DNA of 64,000 nt from NCBI GenBank assembly GCA_965249555.1, contig OZ252243.1:1-64000 (forward strand), read 5' to 3'. Source of the stretch: Nitrosopumilus sp. (GTDB lineage: Archaea > Thermoproteota > Nitrososphaeria > Nitrososphaerales > Nitrosopumilaceae). This document shows, in pieces, positions 47,766-58,358 of this stretch. The position numbers and the translations under genes were made by a program. A model generated the notes under the pieces. That model saw only the letters and a list, made by a program, of their open reading frames with translations, was not told where the DNA came from and did not search any database. Position 1 is the stretch's first letter; each line of letters starts with the position of its first letter.

Positions 47766-50429
47766 TTATGACATTCCAACTGTAACCACACCACCGCCAA
47801 ACTCTGTTGTTGCACTGACATATGATGAATAACTGCCATCATTACTTGTTGGCACTGGCGCTCCTGCTACATCCAAGTTGACCCTTATCACATACTCTAT
47901 CATATCTCCAACATCAACTTGTGTGGTGATGTACTCAGAAACTGAAGTTAACGGATATACAATGTGAACTTGGTTTGATGCGCCATATCTTGCATTACTT
48001 AGTGTAGATGAAACAGTGGCTGTAGTAGGGTTAGACGAGTATATGGTGACAGTTTTCACATATTCCATGTTTTTTATGATATCCACATCAACTGTAATTT
48101 GTGATAGCTGTCCATTATCCAATGCAGCAACAATTTGATCTCGGTGTGCTGATGTAAGTGACTGGATGTCTGTTATGTCGGAGGGATTGACAGGATTTGA
48201 GTGTGCACTGCATGAATATGCTCTGTGAGGACTGCTAGCACCGCTCCACTTGCAGCTTCTGGATTCCACAAACTCTCCCGTATATGATGATGACATGCTA
48301 AAGTCTGCACTTCCGCCAACCTTGATGCTTATATTTGCAATTGCAGTTCCTGCATGTGTTGCAGTAAGAAACGTTGATGTGCTAATGTTTGATGATGTGG
48401 AAACTGCTCCAGTGGTACTGTGATCAGATGATGTTGATGATTTTTTTAAAACCTGCTTTATCTGCGTATACACTGAGACGTCTCGCATCAACACCTCAGT
48501 GTCTGTTCCGTTAATGGTAGCGTATATCGTATCAGCATTAGGAATTACGGGAATTACCAACGCATCATTTTTTGCATAGTCGCCATTCAGATAATCCAAG
48601 GATATCTCATCGACTCTTACATCTGCAACCTCTACTGGAACTGGGAATATCCACCGGACAAAGTTTTGCGGAATGTACACCAAATCCTCCCCTGTATTTA
48701 ATGGAATTGATTCTTTGTGGTACATGTCAATTAGTGCTGCACCAAGGTTGCCGAGATACTTTGTAGAGTCAGGATATATCCTTAGGATTCCTCCAGGTGA
48801 TGTCGGTATTCCAAAGCTTACATCATCGTATAACAGAGTGATTACGCCATTACTTTCAGTCTTTCCTACAACCCCTGTTATCCCGTTTTTGGATACATCA
48901 AATGCCGTATCTGCAGGGAGTCCGTCTACTTTGAAGAACACATCAGAGTCTGTATAAAATGATTCGCCTTTGATTGTAGCACCTCCATCATTTAGAGTCA
49001 CTACCAAGTATGAGTTTGTGGATAATGGTGTTACAAGTTCAAAGTCTGCCGTAAGATGACTCTGCAGGTTCCAAGGAGATTCTGAATAAATTGTATGTGT
49101 TTGGCTGACTCCACTGAAATATCTGATTCCTGTCGTCGTTTGTTTTGTAATTTTTTTTCCTTCATAAACTGTGGACACATCTAATGTGGAGGGGTTGTTC
49201 CGATCAATATGATGATTCTGATACTTGCTGTGATATGTGTGATGACCATCTATTACTCCTCGATCATGACATGTTGCATGTTTGCCGCGGCATATCCAGT
49301 GTCCATCATAAATGCCACTCAGATCACTGTCTTGTGCCACTATAACATTTGGTGATGAAGACACACCAAACAGATCATGCCAGTGGGTTAATCTATAATG
49401 ATTATGAGCATATGCATCAGCTTGAGTAGTGTATCTGGATGGATTTGTCTCTTCATAAATTACAAACCTATCCCCGCTCATGTCTAATGTAGTCAAGTCA
49501 AGTGGCGAGGTAACAATTTTTACATCAGCATTACTCAGAGTTCCTCGAATCAGAATATCATCATATGAGTATAGTTTGATCACTCTGGTTCCAGTCCCAG
49601 ATATGGTGATTCCATCATGAGTAATGCCAATAACGTTTGAGCCTGACATGCTCTGAGATTCCACATACCCAAGGATGTTTGATGCATCTGCTGTGACATC
49701 AGCTAGAGAGTCGCCATCATATCTGTACTCCTTTGCAAACTCTGGAACTGACAGTATTGTTGTAAGATCATCATCTGCAATTGCAACTGCCCAATCATCA
49801 TTTGGGCCAACCCCGACATATGGCCTGGTGTCAGTGTGGAATCCTGTAATGCCATTGCCAAAGTATACCATACCATTAGTGATGATATTGTGGATGGCCA
49901 AGGATACTCCCAACGCATCCAAGACTGCTGTTCCATCCCCTGTCCCGTCCTCTCCTGGTTTTTCTGAGTATGAATTGCTCAAAGATATTGGAAATGTCCT
50001 TCCGCGCTTTGTAACTATCTCACCTGCAATACCATCAAGTGCGCCAATTCCAACCTCATCAAGTGGAAATGATTGAAGTGTATGGCTTGGTAGATGCGCA
50101 TCATCAGATGTTAATGCGCTATCGCTTACTACAGGTGAGTTTGCACCAAATATTCGTCCGTTCTCATCTGGAATCACCACACGGTGAACCTCAGTACCTG
50201 ATTCATCATAAAATCTAAACATTGCAATCTCTGAATCATATTTGCCTGTATTTTTCACATGAATATTTGTACCATCAAAGTATGCATTCATACTTTCAGA
50301 TTTTTTTTCAATGTCAATTTGATTAGATAAAGTTGAAGCATGGGAAACATCACTGATTGATGTCACAGCGTATGCAGAAGTAGCCATGATACCTGCAACT
50401 ACAAGTATTCCCAACAACATGTTATTCAT
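47766..50429 (-). CDS. Large exported protein with an N-terminal archaeal pilin-like domain and a His-rich patch (possible pilus adhesin)
   Basis: Hydrophobic N-terminus, E...I.VKNTG..SEI motif similar to 51416..51907, beta-rich body. Confidence 0.6.
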   Translation of the reverse strand: MNNMLLGILVVAGIMATSAYAVTSISDVSHASTLSNQIDIEKKSESMNAYFDGTNIHVKNTGKYDSEIAMFRFYDESGTEVHRVVIPDENGRIFGANSPVVSDSALTSDDAHLPSHTLQSFPLDEVGIGALDGIAGEIVTKRGRTFPISLSNSYSEKPGEDGTGDGTAVLDALGVSLAIHNIITNGMVYFGNGITGFHTDTRPYVGVGPNDDWAVAIADDDLTTILSVPEFAKEYRYDGDSLADVTADASNILGYVESQSMSGSNVIGITHDGITISGTGTRVIKLYSYDDILIRGTLSNADVKIVTSPLDLTTLDMSGDRFVIYEETNPSRYTTQADAYAHNHYRLTHWHDLFGVSSSPNVIVAQDSDLSGIYDGHWICRGKHATCHDRGVIDGHHTYHSKYQNHHIDRNNPSTLDVSTVYEGKKITKQTTTGIRYFSGVSQTHTIYSESPWNLQSHLTADFELVTPLSTNSYLVVTLNDGGATIKGESFYTDSDVFFKVDGLPADTAFDVSKNGITGVVGKTESNGVITLLYDDVSFGIPTSPGGILRIYPDSTKYLGNLGAALIDMYHKESIPLNTGEDLVYIPQNFVRWIFPVPVEVADVRVDEISLDYLNGDYAKNDALVIPVIPNADTIYATINGTDTEVLMRDVSVYTQIKQVLKKSSTSSDHSTTGAVSTSSNISTSTFLTATHAGTAIANISIKVGGSADFSMSSSYTGEFVESRSCKWSGASSPHRAYSCSAHSNPVNPSDITDIQSLTSAHRDQIVAALDNGQLSQITVDVDIIKNMEYVKTVTIYSSNPTTATVSSTLSNARYGASNQVHIVYPLTSVSEYITTQVDVGDMIEYVIRVNLDVAGAPVPTSNDGSYSSYVSATTEFGGGVVTVGMS

Positions 50430-50453
50430 TATACAATAATGAAAAAATCGTAT

Positions 50454-51419
50454 TCAGTTACTAATCAAAGATTCAAAAAATGAAAAGACATCATATAGCC
50501 ATCCAAACATATTCTCAGAGTCATCTATAGAAACAACATCAGTTTCAGAGAGCATCGGAGAAACGACTGAATCACCATTTGATGAATCATCTGTGTCTGT
50601 AGGAACCGTAATGATCTCATCTGAATTCAGATCATCAAATTCAACAGTATCCAAATTAGACATATCTGAATCAATCAAATCATCAATTGCATCATTAGGA
50701 ATAATTACATTATTCTCATATTCATCAGTTTGGGAAATAAAACCAGTTTTATTGTATACATCAACTGGAGCAGTTATGTTATAATCAGAATACACATCAT
50801 CAGTCAAAACAGAACCAAATTCCAATTCATTATACATTGAATTCAATTCAATATCAAATGAGGTCATGCTAGTATCAATCCTGACAGACATTGGCAAATA
50901 CACATCATCTCGTAGAATAATAAAATCTCCTGAATCAGAAGATAAGGTATATTGTATGGATGAATATTCCCTTGAAAAATCAGTTACAACCACATCTTCA
51001 AACTTTCCATAGGTTACACTACCAAGCTCAAGTGTTATATCATTCATACCTGCATGTGCTGGCATCCAAAAAATGGTGTTCTTGATGGAATCACCAATGT
51101 ATTTGTGATAGATGGAATTGATGTTAAATGACTCATCAACTAGTATTATATCTCGCATCACATCCCCGTTCTGTGTTTCATTAATCATCTCAACATAGAG
51201 CAGCCATACAGTCCCAAAATCCATCTCAAATGAATCAACTACATGTAATATCACACCATAGCATTTACTTTTCAGTGCAGTATTTGCATCCAATGTGTAA
51301 TCATCACAAATGTCATACTCAAATACATCACCTCGCACAAACCCTCCAAACTCCCAAGAATAACTAAACGGAACAAGTGGAATCATTCCAAGAAACAAAA
51401 GAAGAGGAATTATTTTCAT
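50454..51419 (-). CDS. Acidic exported hypothetical protein
   Basis: Signal peptide, Asp-rich linker and amphipathic C-terminal FGWLYDVFSFF. Confidence 0.75.
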   Translation of the reverse strand: MKIIPLLLFLGMIPLVPFSYSWEFGGFVRGDVFEYDICDDYTLDANTALKSKCYGVILHVVDSFEMDFGTVWLLYVEMINETQNGDVMRDIILVDESFNINSIYHKYIGDSIKNTIFWMPAHAGMNDITLELGSVTYGKFEDVVVTDFSREYSSIQYTLSSDSGDFIILRDDVYLPMSVRIDTSMTSFDIELNSMYNELEFGSVLTDDVYSDYNITAPVDVYNKTGFISQTDEYENNVIIPNDAIDDLIDSDMSNLDTVEFDDLNSDEIITVPTDTDDSSNGDSVVSPMLSETDVVSIDDSENMFGWLYDVFSFFESLISN

Positions 51420-51907
51420 GGCTCTATTGTAATTACCTGACGGGTTTCAGTTACAACATAATGTATTGCGGTATCATTATATGGTAAATCAAGTGCACAT
51501 GTGAATTCTAAAAGGTCTTCAGGACTAATTACAAAATCTTGTGGATCAGCATTGTTAGTAACACATGTTAATTCAGTGCCGGCACCATCAAGAATCCCAG
51601 GTATCTCGACAGAATATTTGCCAAAATTTGTAAGAATAATTACCGTATGAGTAGCAGTCAGATCAACTGATATGACATCAATTTTCTCATTGAGATATTT
51701 TCGCTCCATTTCATTAATTGATGCAATGCTTTGAGACATTGATGCAATATCTCCAGTGTATGCAATTACAAATATTCCGCCAAGCACGCCAAGTGCTGCC
51801 ATTACAAGTAGAACGTTATTTGTATATGATAAAGCGTCCAGAGGAGTACTCATACCCCTCTGGAACCAACTTGGTTGTTTGAAAGACTTCATAATATTGT
51901 AAAACAT
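51416..51907 (-). CDS. Archaeal type IV pilin-like protein
   Basis: Class III signal-like QRG|MSTPL followed by a hydrophobic helix; NEKIDV...ILTNFG..SVEI motif. Confidence 0.6.
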   Translation of the reverse strand: MFYNIMKSFKQPSWFQRGMSTPLDALSYTNNVLLVMAALGVLGGIFVIAYTGDIASMSQSIASINEMERKYLNEKIDVISVDLTATHTVIILTNFGKYSVEIPGILDGAGTELTCVTNNADPQDFVISPEDLLEFTCALDLPYNDTAIHYVVTETRQVITIEP

Positions 51908-51913
51908 TTTCTA

Positions 51914-52861
51914 TTAACCTTGATTTTCTCCAAGAATAATTACAAATTTTTTCCCCTTTAGATAAGACAAGATTTCCTGGTAATCAATGTCAGTTGATGA
52001 GATTATTTTTGGCGGTCTTTTTGCAGTGACTCCCAAATGCTCAACTAACTCAGAGGGAATCAAGATTCTTGGTGTGCTGTCATTTTTGTGCTGAATTACT
52101 AGTCCCTCTTGAGATTCATCTCTTTTGTGTACTGTTCCATCACTTACAACATATTGTGTATCGCATGTTTGGCAACAAAATTCAATTTCAGGCATTTGTA
52201 ACTTTTTTTCAGGTGTTTTTTTTGGAGTGATATCATCGCCCATCTCAAGTTTGCGCAGATATGTGTTGTGCGGCCACCTGAAATGGCGATCTGATTTTTT
52301 CACCATATTGTAAAGTGAGCTGATAAATATTGGTCGCTGTTTTTTATCTATTTTGGATGTAAAGATAAACAGAGTTAATGGTACTGATGTTCTTACGCCC
52401 ATAGCACACAGACTAGATATCATGCCGTTTAGCGAATCCAGTATTTTTTGGTCCAATCCCAATTGATACATTTGTGCAAAATCGGAGTGAAGATGCAGTT
52501 TCTTTACTGTATAATCCAACCCAAATTCTTCAACATATGGTCGCATGGAATTAATTATTTTGACAGGATTCAGTACTGATTTCATGGTAATCTGAAAATG
52601 AGATTGCATGCAATCATGTTTTGATGATATAATTAATGCCGGAATCTCTTTTATTTTGGATTGTATGGCCGCAAGATACACATCATACCTGTCAACTAGA
52701 TTGTATTTTTTATCCTGTAGTATAACTGTCACAAAGAACAATTCAGATTTTTTGCTGAGTGATTCTGAAATGAATGATAGTTCATTTTTTGCAGTCTCTG
52801 TTATTACAGTAGATGGAATCACAACATCAGATAGTTGTATGTTTACTAGTTTGCGTATCAT
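51914..52861 (-). CDS. Protein with a degenerate ParB/Srx-like N-terminus and a C-terminal CxxC
   Basis: IQLSDVVIP...ISESL...KYNLVDRYDVYLAA..SKIKEIPALI pattern; CQTC. Confidence 0.5.
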   Translation of the reverse strand: MIRKLVNIQLSDVVIPSTVITETAKNELSFISESLSKKSELFFVTVILQDKKYNLVDRYDVYLAAIQSKIKEIPALIISSKHDCMQSHFQITMKSVLNPVKIINSMRPYVEEFGLDYTVKKLHLHSDFAQMYQLGLDQKILDSLNGMISSLCAMGVRTSVPLTLFIFTSKIDKKQRPIFISSLYNMVKKSDRHFRWPHNTYLRKLEMGDDITPKKTPEKKLQMPEIEFCCQTCDTQYVVSDGTVHKRDESQEGLVIQHKNDSTPRILIPSELVEHLGVTAKRPPKIISSTDIDYQEILSYLKGKKFVIILGENQG

Positions 52862-53577
52862 TTTTTCTTTGTCCTTTTTGTAGATATTACTGGAGAGGAA
52901 GTATAAGCCTCAAGAAATTCTTGTGTAGATTTTGTTTGCAATGTGTGATCTCCTGAAAATGAATCCATAATTTTTATGGCTTTGTGATAGTTATCAGGTT
53001 CAATATTTTTCTTAAAAATTAATAATTTTGAATCAGGAGAGCTGCTGATTAGTTTCATCTCAATTGCAGTTGGTTTGATTCTGTATAGTGCTTGGGATAT
53101 TGTGATTTTACGTTTTAACTTGAATCGGTTTTGTATGGTTCTAATTATAGAATCTCCATCATATATCACATCAGATATGGTATATGCATGCGCAATGCAA
53201 AATACCGCAGTTCTGCCAAGACCTAATTTGGCATGACGTAACTTTTGAAATAGATAAAATGCGTTTCTTGCAATGTTTCTTGGCATGTTCAAGTCATCAC
53301 AGGATTGTGAGAAATACTCCAAATAGACATCAGTGCTGTTTAGCATCTTTGATGTGAATTTTTTATTTAGATGTGTAAGGTGTAGCGAGGGGTCCATTAT
53401 ATTTGCAGAACCCAGTCTGGATTCAGCAGTTAATGATACAGTGTACTTTGGACTAATGGCATCCCGGATTTCAACTGATCCTGCAACAGTGCCGCATTGC
53501 TTACACACGACATCATTATCTGATTCTATAAAAGAAGTACCAAAACATAGTTTACAAGTATCTTTCAAATTAACCAC
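52858..53577 (-). CDS. Divergent TFB (TFIIB)-like protein
   Basis: Zn ribbon CKLC..VCKQCGTV, RLGS and cyclin-like SCDDLNMPRNIARNAFYLFQK. Confidence 0.75.
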   Translation of the reverse strand: MVNLKDTCKLCFGTSFIESDNDVVCKQCGTVAGSVEIRDAISPKYTVSLTAESRLGSANIMDPSLHLTHLNKKFTSKMLNSTDVYLEYFSQSCDDLNMPRNIARNAFYLFQKLRHAKLGLGRTAVFCIAHAYTISDVIYDGDSIIRTIQNRFKLKRKITISQALYRIKPTAIEMKLISSSPDSKLLIFKKNIEPDNYHKAIKIMDSFSGDHTLQTKSTQEFLEAYTSSPVISTKRTKKK

Positions 53578-53595
53578 AGATTTGTGAAAACTTTC

Positions 53596-53603
53596 TATTT
53601 AAA
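53596..53603 (-). promoter_or_regulatory. TATA box (TTTAAATA) of the TFB-like operon
   Basis: Lies 19-26 bp upstream of the start at 53577. Confidence 0.5.
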
Positions 53604-53694
53604 GCAACTTTTTATGGTTTTTTGGTATAATGTTCATACTTTTTATGCCCAAGTAATCATGGAAAGTGTTTGTACGAACATGTTCCATGATGAG

Positions 53695-55035
53695 TTACTC
53701 TAACCATACAGTATTAGGAAAAGATGTGTTTTGTGACGATTGATTCTTTTTGTGATACCATAAAATCAAACATATCAATAGTACAATGAACACCGCAACT
53801 ATATAAATAATCCCAGAATTATCTTTCGAGATATTTTCAATTGGAATTGTATAATTTGCAACAATTGTACTGTTTGGGGTAACAACTACGACATCAGGAA
53901 TTACATGTTCAATAATTGTTTTGGGTTTATCACAGTTATGTGTGGCCCATGCCTCATACATGAATTCGGATTCAGTACAAAAAGAATCATACATTCTTGC
54001 AAGACCTTTCTTCATCAAAGATTCATTAACATTTACATTGCCACATGTAATTTTTGCAAAATTTACCCCGAGTTCATCAGTGGATAATATATCATCTACA
54101 TCAACTAGTATTTGAGATCCTATAGGACATGACCCTAGTACAAAACTTGTTGCATCATCGTATCCTGTCTGTCTTTTCTCAGGTGTATTTACAAGAGCTA
54201 GTCTTACTGGTTTTTTATCAACATAGATAGTATCACCATCAACTATTTTTGTAACTACTCCAACATAACACATGCCACAATCATTAACATTGTATTGAAA
54301 TTGCAAAGTATTGCTTTGAATTGTATCTTGTGTGTTATCAAAAATTGGAATGGATGTATGAGTTGTTTCATAAATGTATTTGATTGATGATACATCAGTT
54401 ACATGCAATTTCCCGTCAATCCAAGGATGAATCACACAGTTATACTCTATTGTTCCAGTCTTTTGAGGATATATTATGGAATCCCCTCCAGGCAAAATCA
54501 AATCTCCAGTAACTGAACCAATTTTCATCTGATGGTTATCATAATCGTCATTGAAAAATCTCACAGCAAATGATTTTGGGATATGAGTTATGTTTGGTTC
54601 CACACAATACTGAGATATTCCATTGCATGCTATCACAGAATTTCTTTTAATATGAATATCAACCAATCCGTCATAGTCTGATAGAAAAAAAGACGTACGC
54701 AATAGAGGAGACACAGCAGTATCATTATATGGATGAATCACAACCATATACAACCCTGCAGGATCAGCAGGTTCTAACATGACAAATGTCTGAAAATACC
54801 CCCTATCAGTTACAGAGACTGATGATTTCATCACTGATTCATCAGGGTAAGTTACAGTCATGTCTGCAAAATTATCAGATATTTGCCCTGAGACTCTAAA
54901 CAGTTTTGCAATACTGTCTTTTTGTCTCATATCATCAAGCATCTTCACATAGTCATCTGCTGCAACATATGGAACCCCAAATGACATTACTGATATAATA
55001 TACAATACAAGAAACAAAAACTTGCAAGCAACCAT
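53695..55035 (-). CDS. Membrane-anchored cupredoxin-like + thermonuclease (SNase) fusion
   Basis: Signal peptide from MVACKF, YNCVIHPW cupredoxin motif, VTKIVDGDT..VRLALVNTPE and VNESLMKKGLA SNase motifs, C-terminal TM helix. Confidence 0.8.
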   Translation of the reverse strand: MVACKFLFLVLYIISVMSFGVPYVAADDYVKMLDDMRQKDSIAKLFRVSGQISDNFADMTVTYPDESVMKSSVSVTDRGYFQTFVMLEPADPAGLYMVVIHPYNDTAVSPLLRTSFFLSDYDGLVDIHIKRNSVIACNGISQYCVEPNITHIPKSFAVRFFNDDYDNHQMKIGSVTGDLILPGGDSIIYPQKTGTIEYNCVIHPWIDGKLHVTDVSSIKYIYETTHTSIPIFDNTQDTIQSNTLQFQYNVNDCGMCYVGVVTKIVDGDTIYVDKKPVRLALVNTPEKRQTGYDDATSFVLGSCPIGSQILVDVDDILSTDELGVNFAKITCGNVNVNESLMKKGLARMYDSFCTESEFMYEAWATHNCDKPKTIIEHVIPDVVVVTPNSTIVANYTIPIENISKDNSGIIYIVAVFIVLLICLILWYHKKNQSSQNTSFPNTVWLE

Positions 55036-55036
55036 G

Positions 55037-55930
55037 CTATAGAAACTCCGCATCAAGATTATCAAAGTCAGCCTCAGGTGTATGCACATTAGATGTTGTA
55101 GGTGTTTGAGCCGAGTCATGTCCTATGGAATGAGGATTCTCAGAGAATCGTACAAATGGCAGTAAGTCAAGATCAGATAGAATCATACTGGTTTTGTTAC
55201 ATTTGGTATGGATGAGTTTCTCATAGAAATCACTTGCCTTACTTCGATGTTTATCTGAGAATGTTATTCGTTTGTTATTGACTAGACTGTTTGGTTGGCG
55301 TGTTTTAGAAAAGTATGGAATAAATTTTTCATATTCTACATCATCATGAATATTTTTTACACCATAAAACATTTCAGTGTAAAAAAACGATGTGCATTCT
55401 GATTTTGCTTTTGCATATTTTTCATACGGATCAATCTTTGAGATGTTTTTCTCCTCATGTAGTTTATTTTTTTTACGAACAGAATCGTATTGTTTTGATA
55501 TGTGACGTGATTCTGCATGTAATAGTTTGAGTCCAAATACACCAAAAGGAATATCTTTGAATGTTGAAAATATGTGTCTGTCAATATTGTTTTTATCATG
55601 TACTAACGGATATACTGATTTTTTTGCAAGTTTCAGTGTAGAGAGAACATATATTTTTGTTCCAACTGCATACTCTCCCGGAGTTGCCCAAGATGAAACA
55701 GCAAGAGTGGAACCAAATGACTCCACACCCTCTACAGTACTGCCATAACTTTTTGGAACCCGTAGGGTTAGAGTGGTGCCTTCTTTTGGAGTCTTTAATA
55801 TTTGAAACAAGACATCGGGAATATTTTTGCACAGCATTAGCAAGTCTTGGTCTTTTTTCTCATCATATTTTTCACCAGCAGATACGGCAAATGGTTTTAG
55901 CACATACCAGAGATAGTCCTCAGTCTTCAT
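55037..55930 (-). CDS. Hypothetical protein (297 aa)
   Basis: Long ORF adjacent to the nuclease gene; TTTAAAAA box ~25 bp upstream. Confidence 0.75.
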   Translation of the reverse strand: MKTEDYLWYVLKPFAVSAGEKYDEKKDQDLLMLCKNIPDVLFQILKTPKEGTTLTLRVPKSYGSTVEGVESFGSTLAVSSWATPGEYAVGTKIYVLSTLKLAKKSVYPLVHDKNNIDRHIFSTFKDIPFGVFGLKLLHAESRHISKQYDSVRKKNKLHEEKNISKIDPYEKYAKAKSECTSFFYTEMFYGVKNIHDDVEYEKFIPYFSKTRQPNSLVNNKRITFSDKHRSKASDFYEKLIHTKCNKTSMILSDLDLLPFVRFSENPHSIGHDSAQTPTTSNVHTPEADFDNLDAEFL

Positions 55931-55974
55931 TGTATGATAGAATGTAGTTTGTTTTTAAAGAGAGGAATTAGAGA

Positions 55975-56538
55975 TCATATTTCATGGTAAATGTTGCTTT
56001 GAAAAATTTCATTAAAATAGTCATGCAACTCTCTTAGTTCAGAATTGTATCGTTTTTCAAGCGAGTCCATCATATGAGGCACCCCCCTCAGAGAGCGCCA
56101 TATTCCAAGTGTACAGTATCCCAATCTCTTCAGAGTAGTAATCATATTTACTATACCTTGAGGCTCAAAATTCCAACCCATGGGGCCATACAGTTGCTCT
56201 CGAAGCACATCAGATGTCTCATATGGATTATCAGAGTAACGAGTGTCAATGTATCTGTAGTAAATTCTCGATAAAATCAACAGGGTCATAAATGGCATCT
56301 TCAACTCTGATGCAATTAGTAGCCATCTTGCATATCTTGTGAGAGTGCCATTAGTGATTAGATATGAGTAATCTCCATCAGGTAATGGACCATATTTTAG
56401 CATCACATACACTTTGGAGTCTTTTTTTAGTGAAGGTTTGCTGAATGGATCAAACTCTTCAACAGATCTTCTGCAAAGGGATTTTGTGTTTTTTATAAAA
56501 TCAGTATCAGTTGTTTTGGAATTTTTAGCAGGAAGCAT
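55975..56538 (-). CDS. Hypothetical protein (187 aa)
   Basis: ATG ORF co-oriented with the island. Confidence 0.65.
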   Translation of the reverse strand: MLPAKNSKTTDTDFIKNTKSLCRRSVEEFDPFSKPSLKKDSKVYVMLKYGPLPDGDYSYLITNGTLTRYARWLLIASELKMPFMTLLILSRIYYRYIDTRYSDNPYETSDVLREQLYGPMGWNFEPQGIVNMITTLKRLGYCTLGIWRSLRGVPHMMDSLEKRYNSELRELHDYFNEIFQSNIYHEI

Positions 56539-56605
56539 TATCTATGTGATGAGATTCTTTTGATTTTATGATTTTTTTATTTTTTATAAAATTTTAAGAT
56601 TTTTT

Positions 56606-57112
56606 GTATGTATCCATGTGAATTGTTTTTATACATTTCCCACTTTTTTGCATCACGAGGCATAGCCTTCGCTAGGGAATGCTTTCAATCAAAAGATGAC
56701 GGACATGTATCCATACGCGGCTTGTTCCTCAATGCTATCTTCATCCCTTTATTAGGACCTATCCGCAGTTATCAACCGAGGCCTGTCCCTCAACATATAA
56801 AACGCGACTTGCACAGTCCTAACTGTAATTCTGTACAAATTCTCTCTTTTAGCATCCAGTAAATCACTCGCAGGATCTGGGATGAGGTAGTAACTATATC
56901 TTTTGATGAGCCTCTCTTTTTCTTGATGCGATTGTAAAATTTTGTAATGTCACTGTTCTTGGCATGTATTGTATGGGCATGGACGCATTGGATGAGAACC
57001 CATCGTAGTGTCATGCTTCCCCTTTTGGTTATACGGCCATGGTGTAATCTGCAGAGTTTCTGACTGATGGCACGACTCGTGCATATGCGCATAACTTGTG
57101 AGAGTCATTGAA
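56606..57112 (-). mobile_element. Second, truncated copy of IS110 element A (3' part)
   Basis: High similarity to 237..740. Confidence 0.88.
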
Positions 57113-57564
57113 TCTCCCATACGAAATCGTCTCCAACCCTACTGAGGACACTTACTAGCGTGCTTTGCTGAATCAGGACATCTCAGATATGCCTTGCATC
57201 TTATACTTTCGTTGTGTCAGTTCATGATTTTGTGTACGATACACTTTCAGAGTTAGTATGTACCCGGATTGTTGCAAGCATCCGGTCTTGCAGCTGCCAC
57301 CTTTGTTTTCCCCTCTTTGCAATTCTGAAATAGAATGATCCCATTCTTTCATCAAATCGTACTATAGTATTTGCAGCCTCTACCATTGCGTTACGTAACC
57401 ATGCAGAACCCCTCTTTGTTATTCCGCCTCCTCGGTGCACATCTGCATCCCTGTGCGATGGTGCAAGTCCTGCATATGAGACTAGTTTTTCTGCTGATGC
57501 AAATCTGCTGATGCAAATCTGCTGATGCAAATCTGCTGATGCAAATCTGCTGATGTCAACTATC
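57113..57564 (-). mobile_element. IS110 element B, 3' fragment
   Basis: DISRFASAEKLVSYAGLAP and ITKRGSAWLRNAMVEAA motifs; truncated by the next IS. Confidence 0.85.
57491..57555. repeat. 14-bp tandem repeat (CTGCTGATGCAAAT) x4.6
   Basis: Read directly; slippage expansion inside the dead IS110-B transposase. Confidence 0.9.
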
Positions 57565-58348
57565 TGAGACTTGGGCATAATGATTTACAAAAAAACCAAG
57601 ACTTTTCTCTAACAACAAAGCATTCTTTTCACAATCCTTGGATTCCCACTTCCAATTACACAATTATAATACACTGCCAACTGATACACCAGCACGCAAA
57701 TCAACACGAATGATTGTACGTTCTCAAATCCTTTCACCGGAACTGTTCTAATGTTAAACGTATCCTTGATTATCTCAAAGAGTGGTTCAATTGATATTTT
57801 TCTCTGAGAATATAATTTCCGACCAACTGCTGAATTGTAAAACCCTATCAACTTTATTCTGGCTGGCGGCGTAGACGGGTATTTTTTGACTGGACAGATC
57901 AATCTCATGGCATTATTCTTAGTTGACTTGTATGGTTTGGAATCATCATATGCCGGATCACACAGTATGTTATTCATCAATCCAGAAAGTGACCCAATCA
58001 ATTTCTCATATGGCTTGCTATCATGGACATTTGCAGTAGTTACACATGCAGATAATGGAACAACTAGTCTTCCCGTACTATACCTCATGTGTAGTTTGTA
58101 TCCATACACCCAACCCTTTGATTTGGAGAATCCCCACCTGGCATTTGTGTCAATTCCTGCAATTGGTAGGTGATTCTTTTTGATGTCTGATTTGTGCCAT
58201 ACTGGACCTGAAGCTTTTAGCATTGAACTATCAACTGATGCTGATTCACCATTCCAATGAACAAAACATGATTGAGATCCTTGGCTTTTTCTATTTGAAT
58301 AATTTGAGAAATCGGTTAAAAATGAGAATTGATTATGCCCATGTCTCA
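57565..58348 (-). mobile_element. IS982/IS5-like DDE element, internally deleted, left copy (784 bp)
   Basis: 17-bp TIRs TGAGAC(T/A)TGGGCATAAT; SVDSS, WGFSKSKGWVYGYKLH, ANVHD, CDPAYD and RKISIEPLF motifs; N-terminal domain appears absent. Confidence 0.88.
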
Positions 58349-58358
58349 TTTATCTATT

